A stretch of DNA of 64,000 bases, from positions 9,729 through 73,728 of the forward strand of contig CAYUNX010000001.1 in assembly GCA_964446255.1 (NCBI GenBank). Reading direction: 5' to 3'. The stretch's first letter is position 1; each line of letters opens with the position of its first letter. Made by a program: the position numbers and the translations under genes. Shown here in pieces: positions 63,524 to 64,000 of this stretch. Under the pieces are notes generated by a model that saw nothing but the letters and a program-made list of their open reading frames with translations, did no database searches and was not told the origin of the DNA. This stretch comes from an uncultured Candidatus Saccharibacteria bacterium. Lineage in GTDB: Bacteria > Patescibacteriota > Saccharimonadia > Saccharimonadales > UBA4665.

Positions 63524-64000
63524 ATGCAGACTTTTTATGACCCGACTAAGACGTTTGATGAAAATGTTGCCGAAGGTCCGTTTGAGCTGGATGGTATAGA
63601 TTTGCGAGAGAAAAACCCAGAGCCAAAGTACACTTTTCTCGGGCACCCTATCAACTTCCCGTTTGGTATCGCAGCGGGGTCGTTGCCGAGCTCACGTCAT
63701 ACTAGCGCGGCTTTTCGGCTTAGCTACGACGTCGTCGTTTACAAAACTCAGCGCTCGACTGTTTTCCCTTGCAACCCCTTCCCTAATGTATTGCCCGTAC
63801 AGATTGACGGCGACTTGACGCTCGAGAAAATGCAGGGTTCATTAACTGTCGCCCCCGACTATTCCAAAGATCTTTCTAAGCTTTCGATTACCAACTCGTT
63901 TGGCGTGCCCTCGCCCGACCCGAGTGTCTGGACGGCCGATTTGCCTGCAGCTCTAGCTGGAGCTGGCAAAGGTCAACTGCTCATCATGAGTGTCGTCGGT
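63524..64000 (+). CDS. pyrD: Dihydroorotate dehydrogenase-like protein (5' part, runs off window)
   Basis: Open frame from ATG 63524 to the window end (159 codons). INFPFGIAAGS and VVYKTQ resemble N-terminal class-1 DHODH motifs. Follows pyrE by 4 nt. Confidence 0.5.
   Translation, partial: MQTFYDPTKTFDENVAEGPFELDGIDLREKNPEPKYTFLGHPINFPFGIAAGSLPSSRHTSAAFRLSYDVVVYKTQRSTVFPCNPFPNVLPVQIDGDLTLEKMQGSLTVAPDYSKDLSKLSITNSFGVPSPDPSVWTADLPAALAGAGKGQLLIMSVVG

Overview
Gene-dense 64-kb chromosomal window with about 66 CDS and 2 intact tRNAs. I found no rRNA, CRISPR array, transposase or integrase. The gene content includes a sortase, a PEGA protein, LemA, VKOR, an RRM protein and many small membrane-anchored hypotheticals, all read in the standard genetic code. 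It resembles a small Gram-positive-type genome, possibly Patescibacteria/Saccharibacteria-like, but that placement is inference only.

Backbone genes: a translationally coupled purine operon on the minus strand (purK-HAD-purE-HAD-Ploop-purM-purL), then purC, purB, pyrC, pyrE, a partial pyrD, pyrH, thrC, add and xth. Also present are an ABC exporter pair, an Nramp transporter, an ArsR/thioredoxin-like/permease/rhodanese/VKOR redox cluster, two Crp/Fnr regulators and a membrane-anchored Clp/Hsp100-like ATPase.

Most interesting observations:
1. A lower-GC seven-gene island (about 39.4-45.2 kb). It packs ThyA-like, GTP-cyclohydrolase-II-like, OMP-decarboxylase-like and guanylate-kinase-like genes against an ATP-grasp/HAD-like/Zn-ribbon trio. 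This may be an undescribed modified-nucleotide pathway.
2. A composite, highly structured intergenic repeat family of about 460-510 nt (3 full copies plus 1 truncated). It shows compensatory stem changes, a 14-nt variable apical segment and heptamer-phased WWTC arrays. Every copy abuts the stop codon of a minus-strand gene.
3. A nested, fragmented tRNA-Leu locus, and a duplicated tRNA-Ser 3' end.
4. A recurrent TANAAT-N6/7-ATG architecture suggesting widespread leaderless transcription.

All functional calls rest on motifs recognised by eye. No database search was run.
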